64,000 nt of DNA from Amphiscolops sp. MND2022 (lineage: Eukaryota): positions 73,782,001 through 73,846,000 of the forward strand of contig OZ076409.1 of assembly GCA_964187785.1 (NCBI GenBank), in the 5' to 3' direction. The stretch's first letter is position 1. The number at the start of each line of letters is the position of its first letter. The position numbers were made by a program, and so were the translations under genes. The notes under the pieces are model-generated. The model was not told where the DNA came from. It made no database searches and was given only the letters and a program-made list of their open reading frames with translations. This document shows, piece after piece, positions 1 through 9,725 of this stretch.

Positions 1-390
1 GTGATTAGGATTTTTAAACAATTTAAGGTAGAAGTGTCATCACTGATCGACGAAAAGCGTGGTCAGTGTTTTGGATTTTTAAACAATTTAAGGTAGAAGT
101 GTCATCACTGATCGACGAAAAGCGTGGTCAGTGTTTAGGATTTTTAAACAAATTAAGGTAGAAGTGTCATCACTGATCGACGGAAAGCGTGGTCAGTGTT
201 TTGGATTTTTAAAAAATTTAAGGTAGAAGTGTCATCACTGATCGACGAAAAGCGTGGTCAGTGTTTAGGATTTTTAAACAAATTAAGGTAGAAGTGTCAT
301 CACTGATCGACGAAAAGCGTGGTCAGTGTTTAGGACTTTTAAACAAATTAAGGTAGAAGTGTCATCAGTTGTCGACGTGAAACGTGGTTC
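1..390 (+). repeat. 65-bp tandem repeat, about 6 copies (last degenerate; continues beyond window start)
   Basis: GTCATCA recurs at 36, 101, 166, 231, 296, 361. Each intact unit holds the hairpin CACTGATCGACG-(A/G)AAAG-CGTGGTCAGTG. Confidence 0.95.
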
Positions 391-640
391 TACATACAGG
401 TAATATTTTGTAGTAGGTAAAACAGGTAATCCTCGGTAAATATGCGGGCAAAGGTGAAAATAAAGTGCAACCGTGTTTCCAGTAGTACGCAATCTTTGTT
501 ATGTGTCAAAAATGGTGACTTTTTCTGATGATGTCTAACAGGATCAGCGTTTTTCCAGATTTGATTTGAATTGCTTTGATCTGCTTTGCCAACATTAACT
601 TGTTTTGCTTGGCTATCAAAGAGGCTAAAAGTCCACCACA

Positions 641-3600
641 ATGCCTCGTGGTAGAGGGAGAGGAAGGAGCAGAAGCAACCAGAGAAGATGTCATGTTCAT
701 AACACTTTTCTTGGAAGCGATGGTATATGTGTAAGGTGCCAGGAGCTGTCGCAGCAGCATGAAGGCGGAGATAGAGTTGTCGAAGATACCAATCCCCCAG
801 TTCCCCCAGATGCCCCCAACGACGTAGAGACGACAAGTGTGGAGAGAGTAGACGTAGAGATGTGCGCAAAATGTTGCCGAACCAGTACAGACATTTACAG
901 ACTTGACTTCCAATCTATTCATACTTACTCTTTACATACCACTATGTTCGGAAAACCTACTTCGGAGATACTAGACGAAACTGTGACACTGTGTCAACAC
1001 TGCGCTCGGTACAACGACAATCCCAACCGACACAAGGATTGGTCAAACGCTTGGCCCAGTGTTATGTATACGTTACTTTTTGAAACACATAGGTTTAGTT
1101 CGAATACTGAAAAACTGTTTAAATTACTTCCACATGAAATTAGGACTTCTTACATGCAACACTTAAATAATGTTTATCCTGCTTTTACTTTAAACAATCA
1201 CGATTCAGTTTTCAGAGATATAACTAGGGAGAAAGATGACTTTTTAACGTTAATCAACACTCGAACTGCTAAAAATTTAGTCACCGCTTTGAATAAGTAT
1301 TGTTTCCCCAACATCAGGTGCCCTGCTGGATGTTTCGAGTTTATTGAAAAAACAGAAGGTATCTCTTTTGCACATTTTTTGAACTATCTGTACCCCTTGT
1401 TTACGAGTTTTAAGGCTGACAGTAAAAAATTTTTGAAAGGTGCGAGAGAAGACTTTTTGAAACCATTGGAATTACTTGAAAAATTCAAAATCTCTCCTTG
1501 TTTGATCGTTAGTGAAAAAGGTTTGCAATTGGTAACGTGCTCGGATCATAAAAATGGAGTACTCCTCAAATATGTTCACGTTCCAACAAACCCAGTGGCT
1601 ACTAACATTTCGCCCAAGTTTTCCGATAGGTTAGCTTTAATGGTATCCAGTGTTCGCACAGTAAGGCCTTTGAAAATAGGAGTGAAAAGTGCCACATTCA
1701 CGATGTGCCGTGTTGACAGTGGACGCATTAGTGGCGTAAGTTCTACGGTATTGCATCATTTCAGGAACTTTGAAGCACCTTACAATGTACGTAGGATTGA
1801 CGTGGAAAAATTGATCTTTAACTGTAGGTCTGATGTGAAGGATTTAATTCGAACATGTTGTCAAAGGTTTGAAATTACTGAAAACATAGCCAATGAATTT
1901 TTGAGTTTTGAATGTCCAGTAGCACTGACAGCAATAGAAGAAAGTTGTAAGGACGCGACCGTTTTTAACATGAAAGCATTGATGAACATGAAAGACTATG
2001 TTGAAAGTTGCCCTGACGAAATTTCAAGTCATGATGATTTTAAAAAACCACTAATATTCGGTCACAGGTTAGATGGGTATGGCTGTGAGCCACTACAGGT
2101 ACCAAAAACGATATTACAAGAACCAAACTTTTTCTCATTGATTTTTGCATTCCTTTATTCTCCTTCTCTTTGGTCAAAGTTAATTTCTTTGTCCCAAGAA
2201 CATGAACAACTTAGAAACGTTTGTCACATTTTTGGTCGTATTAGGAACAACAAAAGATTACAAGAACATCGAACCATTCCCAGCGTACTTAATGGATTAC
2301 AGAGTGCTCTAAACGAACTTTTCCATAGGCCTTGTGATCCTTTGGTTGAACTTTGTGAACTACTTGAGGGATGCCAAGTTGAGAACTTTAATAGAAACGA
2401 AATTTCAAGGATTGCAATTGACTGTTCCCGAAACGACGTTGTTCTAATTACGTCAAATGATTTAGTTGGAAGTCGTGATCTTCAAATACCGTTCCAGGTG
2501 ACTTCTAATAATGGTAAAATTTTTGAACTGACATTCATTTCTTCAGGTGAAAAGCTAAGCTTGCGTCATGGAGCGCCATTTTTCAATTTTTGGACTGTAA
2601 AAAATGATGGTAGCCGGGCGTGTAAAGATCCAACCTTAGAATACCAGTACAATAGAAATTGGAAATATTTAATTTATGTTAGTGAGACTCAAGTCAACGA
2701 TGACCCTAAAATTCGATACCTAAAGTATATGGGAGGCCAAGGTGTTTTGTTTTGTCGGGAGCATAATTTACCGTTAACATCAGACTATTTTAAAAGCAAT
2801 AGGAAATGTTCCTTACCTAAGAATACCACCAATAATGCAATATGCACTCGAAAATCCGCATGGAGATGCCCTGAAAAGAACTGTTGCGCATCTTCTTGTA
2901 AAACTCATTTTAATGATTTTTGCGACTCCACCGACCGGGTTCTCGTTGACAATACGCCATCAGCGGACCCAATTCAAGATAGTAGTGACGAGGAAATAGA
3001 GTTGAGAAATGAAATAGACGTCCAAGGCAATCTCGATCAGCCCGGGCCCAGCTTCGTTTTACCGGAAGTTGAAAGACCAGAGGACACAGACGCTAATATG
3101 GACGAATTCGATTGTCCTCAACTAATTGTTGACGCCGGTTTTCAAGAGACTAACAATTTCGCTACCGACTCAGGCTGTGAGCCCGTTTATTTAGCTAACG
3201 ATTCAAAATTTGTTCCAATGCACGTTCTTTTAAACGGCGAATGTCAGTTGATGAAACGCTTAAGGTATCCTACGCATACAGGTAAAAAATTTCAACGGTT
3301 TTTTCAAAATTTTGTTTCAACTTTAGAAGGTCGTTCAATTCCTCTTCTTCAACCCGAAGCGTGCTTGTTTCCCAGCATCTTTTACAAGCAGTTAGAAGAC
3401 GGATCGTTTCCTGGTGCGTTGCCATTTTTTCTTTACGATGATAAGTTTGCAAATTCAAAGTTAGATTTTGACGGCCTCCATGAACACATCCGATTGAGAC
3501 TTAAGGACGGCTCACTTTTAACTTCGGCTAATCTCGCTTATATAATGTATGCGTTTGACTGCGTCCTGAATTTATCTTTAACAAAATGCCATACAAATCA

Positions 3601-6600
3601 GTTTTTTAAACGAGGACTCCAGACAATCACAATTGGTAAGTATAAACCTCAGCAGCTGACATCTACTGAATCAGTTCTTAAAATGGATAGTGTCGATAGT
3701 GACGTGCATGTAAACCGCTTAGGAACCGCTTGCGCTTCCGAAACACCTGATCTTTTTGTTACTTTTACATGTAATCAAAAGGAACATCCTGGAGTTGCTG
3801 AGTTAGTTCAGGCCATTTTTGACATCTACAGAAACGCGTCGGTTGAAGAATTGAAAGAAGTGCTGCAGTCTTACATGGTCATCATTGTAAGATGTTGGAC
3901 TAGGACAATTGAACTTTTGATTAATTACTTAAGATTTTCACACGAACATATTTTAGGAGAAATTTCAAAGGTTTGGGGTAGGGCCGAATTTCAGAGCGCC
4001 GCAGCGAATTTGCAACATTACCATATTCTGTTCTGGGTAAAAAATGTTGATGAAGATGTCATAGACAAAATTGCTTGTGCACACAAAAATGTTTTTGCTG
4101 AGTTTGAAAGACTTTTCAATGTCAATTTTGGTACAGTCGACAGTATTGAACACGTAGTTAAGTTGTTCGATGATTGTGTCCGTGTTCAAACACACGACTG
4201 TGAGAAAGGACATTGCTTAAAAAAGGTTAGGATAAATGGAGAAAGAAAATGTCGTTTCCCACCGTACCCACAGAGCCATGTTCCCTGGTACAAGGAATTC
4301 CATCAGCCGCATACACACGAGGCCTTAGAAGTTCTGCAGGAAATTGATTTAGCTGAACCAATGCCTGGTTTTTATAACACTTTGCAGGTCACTTCTACGC
4401 TGAAAGCAGGTAAGTATATGTATGCGGCTCAAAAGGGGGAGCATATGTCACCGCTCAATGTGCCTCTGTGGAGTATTTGTAAATCGAGCCTCAATGTTTT
4501 GAAAGTGTGTAAGTCTGTCGCGTCGAGGTATTTGACATCGTATGCCGCGGGAAAAGAAGAACACGCTGAGGTTTCCATCAACCCCGAAAATTCTCACAAT
4601 GTTTTAAATGTACAAGTTCAAAAAATTGAAAACAAAAAGTTAGGCGGAGTCAGGAAAATTTTAGCTCGTGAAGCAAAGCAGGAGAAAACTCAGGGTATAA
4701 TAGATTCGACAACAATTGCCAGTACAGAATGTGTTTCGTGGATGTTGCAGCTTCCTACCGTAATAACAACAATGGATTTTGTTTCGGTTCCAAGTGTTTC
4801 GCTCGAAAATCGCGGTGGAGTTATTTTGAAAAGAAAAAACAATACTCAGTCAAGATCTAACCGTCCAGGTATAGCGAATGAAGGTCCAGCCGAAATCAGA
4901 GAACATCATCTACATTTCCCTAATCACAGACTTTTCACACCGGGACAAAAAATTGTTTTGGAAAGTGTAAACAAAACACCTTTTAGTACCGATAAAGTTA
5001 CTGTTTTTTCCATACGTCCCCCTGAATTGCTTTTTGTCAACAAACTGAAACTTTATTACAGGTGGTTCGTGCGAGAAAAGTTGCCAGGTAAAAAAGAAAC
5101 AATTTGTGTTAGGTTTTTGAAAAATGATGTCAGAGATTCAACATGGGTGGATGGTGAAAACAAGGCCATTCGTTTAAGACCGTGTGCTGTTGACGAATTT
5201 TCAAATTACATACAGGATTGTCTACTTCAAAACTCAGCTGATAATAGGCTGCTTGATGCTATGCTTGTAGTTTCTGAAGTAATCAACAATTTGTCCCATC
5301 CTAATCGATCATTTTTTGTTTCTGCTGACCCGAATTTGTCGAATACACCAGCTGAAGTCGTTTTTTCAAAAGTTTATCCACGCAGTCCCGCAAACTTTTT
5401 GATTCATTTTTTGCTTTCGAACGCCAAATTTGAAACCGAACTAGAACTTTTTGACGTTGCCACTTTAAAAGACGCTTTTGTGAAAGGTGAAATTGTTCCA
5501 GACAAGCAAACTTTCGACGAACAGGATGTTAATGAAATTTTGAAAAAATACGTTCTTGAACAATTGAGGTACTTACCAGGTGGTACAAGGTCGTTTGATT
5601 CGAATTTGTTGGCTGCAAAATCTGCCTTCAAAGGTATGTTGATTGAAAACGACATTTATAATGAAGGGTTGCCAATCACCACGATGGATACTTTGACTGA
5701 AGCACTGGAGGACAGAGCAAAAACGATGCTTCGTCAGTCACAAGTGAACATCATTAAGTCATTGACTCAGAAAAATTTACCGAATTTTCCGTCTTCTGCT
5801 GATTTTGAAACTGTGACCAAAGAAACACCTTCCAATTGGTCCGCTGAATTGATAACAAATGTTTTTCAGTCTGCTGAGTCAGTTCAAGAGCAATCCCTAA
5901 TTTTGGAAACTTTGAAAAATCTAATTGTTGAGAGTTTGTTTGCAGGTCACAAGTTTAATAAACATCAGCTAATTTTAGGTCCTCCGGGGACTGGTAAGAC
6001 TTACGTGTTGACAATGGCGTTAGGTTTTGCTTTATCAAAAGGTTTGTTTTGTCTTGTCACGAGTTTGGCATCCAGAAGATCGATGCACTTTGGAGGTGAA
6101 CACATACATAAACTGTTTTGCTTGCCACCTTCTTCGTCAGGGTCCCCAATCAAAATGGCTGAGCAAGCATTGACAAAACTGGACCACAGAAACGACAAGA
6201 AGATGCTCCTCCTGGCTTTGGAAGTGCTGTTCGTTGAAGAAGTAAGCTTGATAAGCGCCGAACAGTGGTCTGCAATGGACATTACATTGCAGGAGTTGAA
6301 GCAGTCAAGTCTGCCTTTTGGTGGCGTACTGGTAATTGCGAGCGGAGACCAGATGCAACTACCATCCATTGACGGCAATGACATCTTTCTTAGTCCGGTA
6401 CTTTTGACAAACTTCGCATTGTTTTTTCTCGGACATTTCGTTCGAATGACCGATAAAGACGGTCAGACTGTGCTTCGTCACATGTGGAAGCGTCCGATCA
6501 ATCCTGCCGCTGTCGCTGAGATTCTGGCAATTTTGGATGCCAAATGTACCTTTAAAGACAGTTGGGCGGACCTCGACGATCCGTGTGTTATGCGTGTTTT

Positions 6601-7759
6601 CGGAAAGCGGAAAGCCGAGCAAAGGGAGTTTGATAGTCACATTGAGCGAGTACGCGGCTCCGGAATTGCGTTTAAGATCTTCGAAGCTACGGACGAAATT
6701 TGTCTTTCTAAGAGCTCTGTTTGGAACCTTACTAACTCAAGACAGGTAAGTAATTATTTGAGTGATAAGGTAAATGAGCCGGAAAAACTGATAATTTACA
6801 AGAAGGCTCTGGTGAGGGTCACCGTTAATTTGGAATCCGAGCAGTTGTCGCAAGGTCAGGTAGGTGTAGTCCACGAGGTTCCCACCGGTGACTCGGTCAC
6901 AATTCACATCCCCGATACAAGTGGTGGCGATTTTGACATCACTCCGGCGATGTTGGAACACGAGGAGTACCTTAACTGGCGAACGGTGACTCTTTCCAAA
7001 CAAACAGGGTTTGTGCAACCGTTCAAGAAGAACTCCATCCGAAGATGTCAAATTCCTTTGATGAACAACGTTGCCATGACCACGCACAAACTGATGGGTG
7101 ACACGTTCGACAAGCTGGCGACGTCCATCTCCGCAACTGACAGCAGCTACGCATTGTGGATGACGTCGCAAGTTTTCGTGATCGTCAGTAGAGTTAAGCA
7201 GTTGAAAAACCTGACGTTCGTCGGAAACAAGTCGGCTACGTTGGACGCGATAAGATCTATTTTTGAAACTAAGGACTTGCGCGAAGAGCGTCTTTTCTCG
7301 TTGTTGGATAAAATAAGGAACAATTCGAGATCTGGTTCTACTGTTCAACCCATCGACGTTTCGCAAATGTCATACGTTCCCTTCAATAAGAACATACCGC
7401 GGACGCCTTATGGATTTGTTTACCTTTTGATAAGCCTTAACCCGACATCGCCTCAAACGTTTTACGTTGGTCAAACTGAGCGCGCATTGTTAACACGTTT
7501 GTCGGAACACAATTGTGGCAACGGGTCCGATTTCACTAAAACACCTCACAGGATGCCTTGGGCCGTCGCAGCGTTCGTTTGTAATTTTTCGTCATCTATT
7601 TCACGCCGCGATTTTGAACAAGAACTGCACAGCGAAATGTACGAACGCCGTCATCGGTTGAAAACGCTCAACAACATGATCGCTCTTTTCCAGGAGAAGG
7701 TTTCGGAAAGAAATTGCGGACTACATTTTTGCGTGTGCGGACAGTATAGGGCTACTTGA
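641..7759 (+). CDS. Helitron-type Rep/helicase transposase with C-terminal GIY-YIG endonuclease, 2372 aa
   Basis: Rep motifs: PDLFVTFTCN (~3746), EFQ..LQHYHILFW (HUH at 4016-4024), QTHDC..C..CRFP, YLTSY (4529-4543). Pif1 motifs: GPPGTGKT (5978-6001), FVEEVSL, FGG..SGDQMQLP, RRCQIPL..AMTTHKLMG, QVFVIVSRV. GIY-YIG: GFVYLL..FYVGQT..RLSEHN..PW..FE (from 7412). Cys/His clusters and an RG-rich basic N-terminus; ATG with A at -3; no stops or frameshifts. Confidence 0.95.
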   Translation: MPRGRGRGRSRSNQRRCHVHNTFLGSDGICVRCQELSQQHEGGDRVVEDTNPPVPPDAPNDVETTSVERVDVEMCAKCCRTSTDIYRLDFQSIHTYSLHTTMFGKPTSEILDETVTLCQHCARYNDNPNRHKDWSNAWPSVMYTLLFETHRFSSNTEKLFKLLPHEIRTSYMQHLNNVYPAFTLNNHDSVFRDITREKDDFLTLINTRTAKNLVTALNKYCFPNIRCPAGCFEFIEKTEGISFAHFLNYLYPLFTSFKADSKKFLKGAREDFLKPLELLEKFKISPCLIVSEKGLQLVTCSDHKNGVLLKYVHVPTNPVATNISPKFSDRLALMVSSVRTVRPLKIGVKSATFTMCRVDSGRISGVSSTVLHHFRNFEAPYNVRRIDVEKLIFNCRSDVKDLIRTCCQRFEITENIANEFLSFECPVALTAIEESCKDATVFNMKALMNMKDYVESCPDEISSHDDFKKPLIFGHRLDGYGCEPLQVPKTILQEPNFFSLIFAFLYSPSLWSKLISLSQEHEQLRNVCHIFGRIRNNKRLQEHRTIPSVLNGLQSALNELFHRPCDPLVELCELLEGCQVENFNRNEISRIAIDCSRNDVVLITSNDLVGSRDLQIPFQVTSNNGKIFELTFISSGEKLSLRHGAPFFNFWTVKNDGSRACKDPTLEYQYNRNWKYLIYVSETQVNDDPKIRYLKYMGGQGVLFCREHNLPLTSDYFKSNRKCSLPKNTTNNAICTRKSAWRCPEKNCCASSCKTHFNDFCDSTDRVLVDNTPSADPIQDSSDEEIELRNEIDVQGNLDQPGPSFVLPEVERPEDTDANMDEFDCPQLIVDAGFQETNNFATDSGCEPVYLANDSKFVPMHVLLNGECQLMKRLRYPTHTGKKFQRFFQNFVSTLEGRSIPLLQPEACLFPSIFYKQLEDGSFPGALPFFLYDDKFANSKLDFDGLHEHIRLRLKDGSLLTSANLAYIMYAFDCVLNLSLTKCHTNQFFKRGLQTITIGKYKPQQLTSTESVLKMDSVDSDVHVNRLGTACASETPDLFVTFTCNQKEHPGVAELVQAIFDIYRNASVEELKEVLQSYMVIIVRCWTRTIELLINYLRFSHEHILGEISKVWGRAEFQSAAANLQHYHILFWVKNVDEDVIDKIACAHKNVFAEFERLFNVNFGTVDSIEHVVKLFDDCVRVQTHDCEKGHCLKKVRINGERKCRFPPYPQSHVPWYKEFHQPHTHEALEVLQEIDLAEPMPGFYNTLQVTSTLKAGKYMYAAQKGEHMSPLNVPLWSICKSSLNVLKVCKSVASRYLTSYAAGKEEHAEVSINPENSHNVLNVQVQKIENKKLGGVRKILAREAKQEKTQGIIDSTTIASTECVSWMLQLPTVITTMDFVSVPSVSLENRGGVILKRKNNTQSRSNRPGIANEGPAEIREHHLHFPNHRLFTPGQKIVLESVNKTPFSTDKVTVFSIRPPELLFVNKLKLYYRWFVREKLPGKKETICVRFLKNDVRDSTWVDGENKAIRLRPCAVDEFSNYIQDCLLQNSADNRLLDAMLVVSEVINNLSHPNRSFFVSADPNLSNTPAEVVFSKVYPRSPANFLIHFLLSNAKFETELELFDVATLKDAFVKGEIVPDKQTFDEQDVNEILKKYVLEQLRYLPGGTRSFDSNLLAAKSAFKGMLIENDIYNEGLPITTMDTLTEALEDRAKTMLRQSQVNIIKSLTQKNLPNFPSSADFETVTKETPSNWSAELITNVFQSAESVQEQSLILETLKNLIVESLFAGHKFNKHQLILGPPGTGKTYVLTMALGFALSKGLFCLVTSLASRRSMHFGGEHIHKLFCLPPSSSGSPIKMAEQALTKLDHRNDKKMLLLALEVLFVEEVSLISAEQWSAMDITLQELKQSSLPFGGVLVIASGDQMQLPSIDGNDIFLSPVLLTNFALFFLGHFVRMTDKDGQTVLRHMWKRPINPAAVAEILAILDAKCTFKDSWADLDDPCVMRVFGKRKAEQREFDSHIERVRGSGIAFKIFEATDEICLSKSSVWNLTNSRQVSNYLSDKVNEPEKLIIYKKALVRVTVNLESEQLSQGQVGVVHEVPTGDSVTIHIPDTSGGDFDITPAMLEHEEYLNWRTVTLSKQTGFVQPFKKNSIRRCQIPLMNNVAMTTHKLMGDTFDKLATSISATDSSYALWMTSQVFVIVSRVKQLKNLTFVGNKSATLDAIRSIFETKDLREERLFSLLDKIRNNSRSGSTVQPIDVSQMSYVPFNKNIPRTPYGFVYLLISLNPTSPQTFYVGQTERALLTRLSEHNCGNGSDFTKTPHRMPWAVAAFVCNFSSSISRRDFEQELHSEMYERRHRLKTLNNMIALFQEKVSERNCGLHFCVCGQYRAT

Positions 7760-7781
7760 AATTCATTATCTTTTTCTTTAA

Positions 7782-7820
7782 AATAAAATTTAAAATAAGG
7801 TATTTTGTGTTTTTTTTGGT
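7782..7820 (+). terminator. Putative polyadenylation signal of the RepHel gene
   Basis: AATAAA at 7782-7787, about 20 nt after the stop codon, followed by a GT/T-rich tract (7801-7820). Confidence 0.45.
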
Positions 7821-8002
7821 GGAATCGACGATGAGCGTGGTTCCAGGTAGGTTGTAATTAGGTTGGTTTGCTGGAATCGACGATGAGCGTGGTTCCAGGT
7901 AGGTTTTAATTTGGTTGGTTTGTTGGAATCGACGATGAGCGTGGTTCCAGGTTTGTTAAGGTTAACCTAAGTTGCTGGAATCGACGATGAGCGTGGTTCC
8001 AG
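7819..8002 (+). repeat. 52-bp tandem repeat (4 copies) of hairpin TGGAATCGACG-ATGAG-CGTGGTTCCA
   Basis: GGAATCGACGATGAGCGTGGTTCCAG starts at 7821, 7873, 7925, 7977. Confidence 0.93.
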
Positions 8003-8027
8003 TTTTTTTAACATTGATTTAATTTGG

Positions 8028-8199
8028 TGGTTTTCTTTACATTAGATTAGTGGATGAGTATCGCACAAAGTTCTACTAGAGAGGGTGGACACCGTGCGAT
8101 ATTCTGATTTATTTTATTGGTTTTCTTTACATTAGGTTAGTTTGTTGAGTATCGCACAAAGTTCTACTAAAGAGGGTGGACACCGTGCGATATTCAACA
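8028..8199 (+). repeat. Two copies of a ~91-bp repeat, each a stem-loop GAGTATCGCAC...GTGCGATATTC
   Basis: Stems at 8056-8104 and 8147-8195; the second extends to TGTTGAGTATCGCAC/GTGCGATATTCAACA (8143-8199). Confidence 0.85.
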
Positions 8200-9725
8200 G
8201 GTGGAATCGACGATAACCGTGGTTCCTTGTTTAAATGTTTTTAAAAGTACCAGGGTAGGAATAAAGAAGAAAGTGACAATGACGTAACGGACTGAACAGA
8301 TGACGACGATCTAGAAGAAAGACTAAAAGTGTAAAAGCTTGTGTACTCCTTCCAAGCTTATACACAACTTTTAAAAAAATTACCATCAAACCATATAACC
8401 AGTGTGGCAGCACGTGTACTCTTTGAGCTTACCACGCTGACACACTCTACGTAAATAAAGATCGTCAAATCCCAAAAACTGAAATATCATACCAAAACCG
8501 GACTTTCCCAAAACCGACTTTTCCACTACGACTTTTTGACTAAAACTTAAAGACTGAAACTTAATTGACTGAATTTAACTCTTTTCCTACTCCTACAATT
8601 GGTTTTCCCTGAGTTTAGCTAGAAGGTTGAGTTGAGAGAAGACGAGATAGACCTCAGAGTAGCAGCAACCGCGGTAATTTCCGAATTACAATATTTTTAA
8701 TAGTTTGGACAGGAAAACTTAGATAGAGTAATAGTTTTTCTGGAACCATATATATGGCTATAAACATCTTTTTCAGTCCAGGCGATGTCCTGGCCGGCGA
8801 AGCCTTGTGCCAGGACGGAGCCCTATTAGAGGTTGATCATCAGAAACGATTGTTTTTATTATTTGAAATTTTACAATGCTGCTACTAGTCAAAACGTGAT
8901 CAGAAGAACGAAGAATATTCCGAAGATGATATTATTCAATATCTAATATAGTAAAATTTATAGCAAAAGTCATAGCTATAAGTCTGACATGTTTTTCGTG
9001 CTTCACTTTTTTGAAAGGTTGTAGGTTTAGGATAGGCTGTAGCACATCAGAATCAGTCCCTGCGAAGGTTCAGTCGAATGTCTCTCATCAAAAAAAGCTA
9101 CGATTCCAGTCATAGCAAAAGTTATTAGGTTAAAATACTATCCACAACAGAGTTCCCTTTTGCTTAACCTACTTTTCATGTTTGTCTCTCCGTCATATGG
9201 TGAAAACATTGCAAGATGAAAAATGAAAACGAAATTTGTAAAAACAACTTATGTAGTAATGGAAGGCTTTGGTTGTTATTGGTTTTTGGGAATAAAAAAT
9301 ACGGAAGAGTTGTTCACCATGTTAACTGGGACAAGCATGGAAAGCCACTTCATTTTAAGATATCTCATCATCATAAGGGCGGTGTTATCTCTCATCCATA
9401 AGGTGTGGAGGTTGTCATTTTGAATCGTTCTCAAGTTTGAATACAATAATTTATCGTCCTTTTGAGATAATCATTACGAAAATTTTCGTCCAAAACGTCT
9501 ATCCTTCACATATCCGCACATTAGGCTAGCAGTAATCATAGCGGTTATTGTAACTTACTATCGAAGTCAGAACGTTTCCATGAAGAACATATATTAAGAT
9601 CCGGGAAAATCTCATTTTGTATCGACAGTGTATTATCTATACACAAGTATTATATCCAAACTACTTTTGTTCGTCTCGTTTATTGATTTGATTGCCATTA
9701 TGTTTTCAGTTCTTGTTTGGTAACA

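Noticed and set aside
1..390. CRISPR-like appearance of the 65-bp and 52-bp hairpin repeats
   Set aside because: Intervening sequences are repeated or similar rather than unique spacers; no cas genes; eukaryotic transposon context.
3975..3985. GGGGTAGGGCC inside the Rep coding region, matching the cassette head-hairpin loop
   Set aside because: It encodes WGRA next to Rep motif II and has no upstream CTAGGTG or extended stem; probably chance.
6001..7366. Antisense ORFs (127, 93, 209 aa), plus those at 390-922
   Set aside because: Shadows of the long RepHel reading frame with no recognisable motifs.
9216..9423. Two short overlapping + strand ORFs upstream of ORF2
   Set aside because: Under 70 aa, AT-rich and without motifs; cannot be supported as genes or exons without transcript data.
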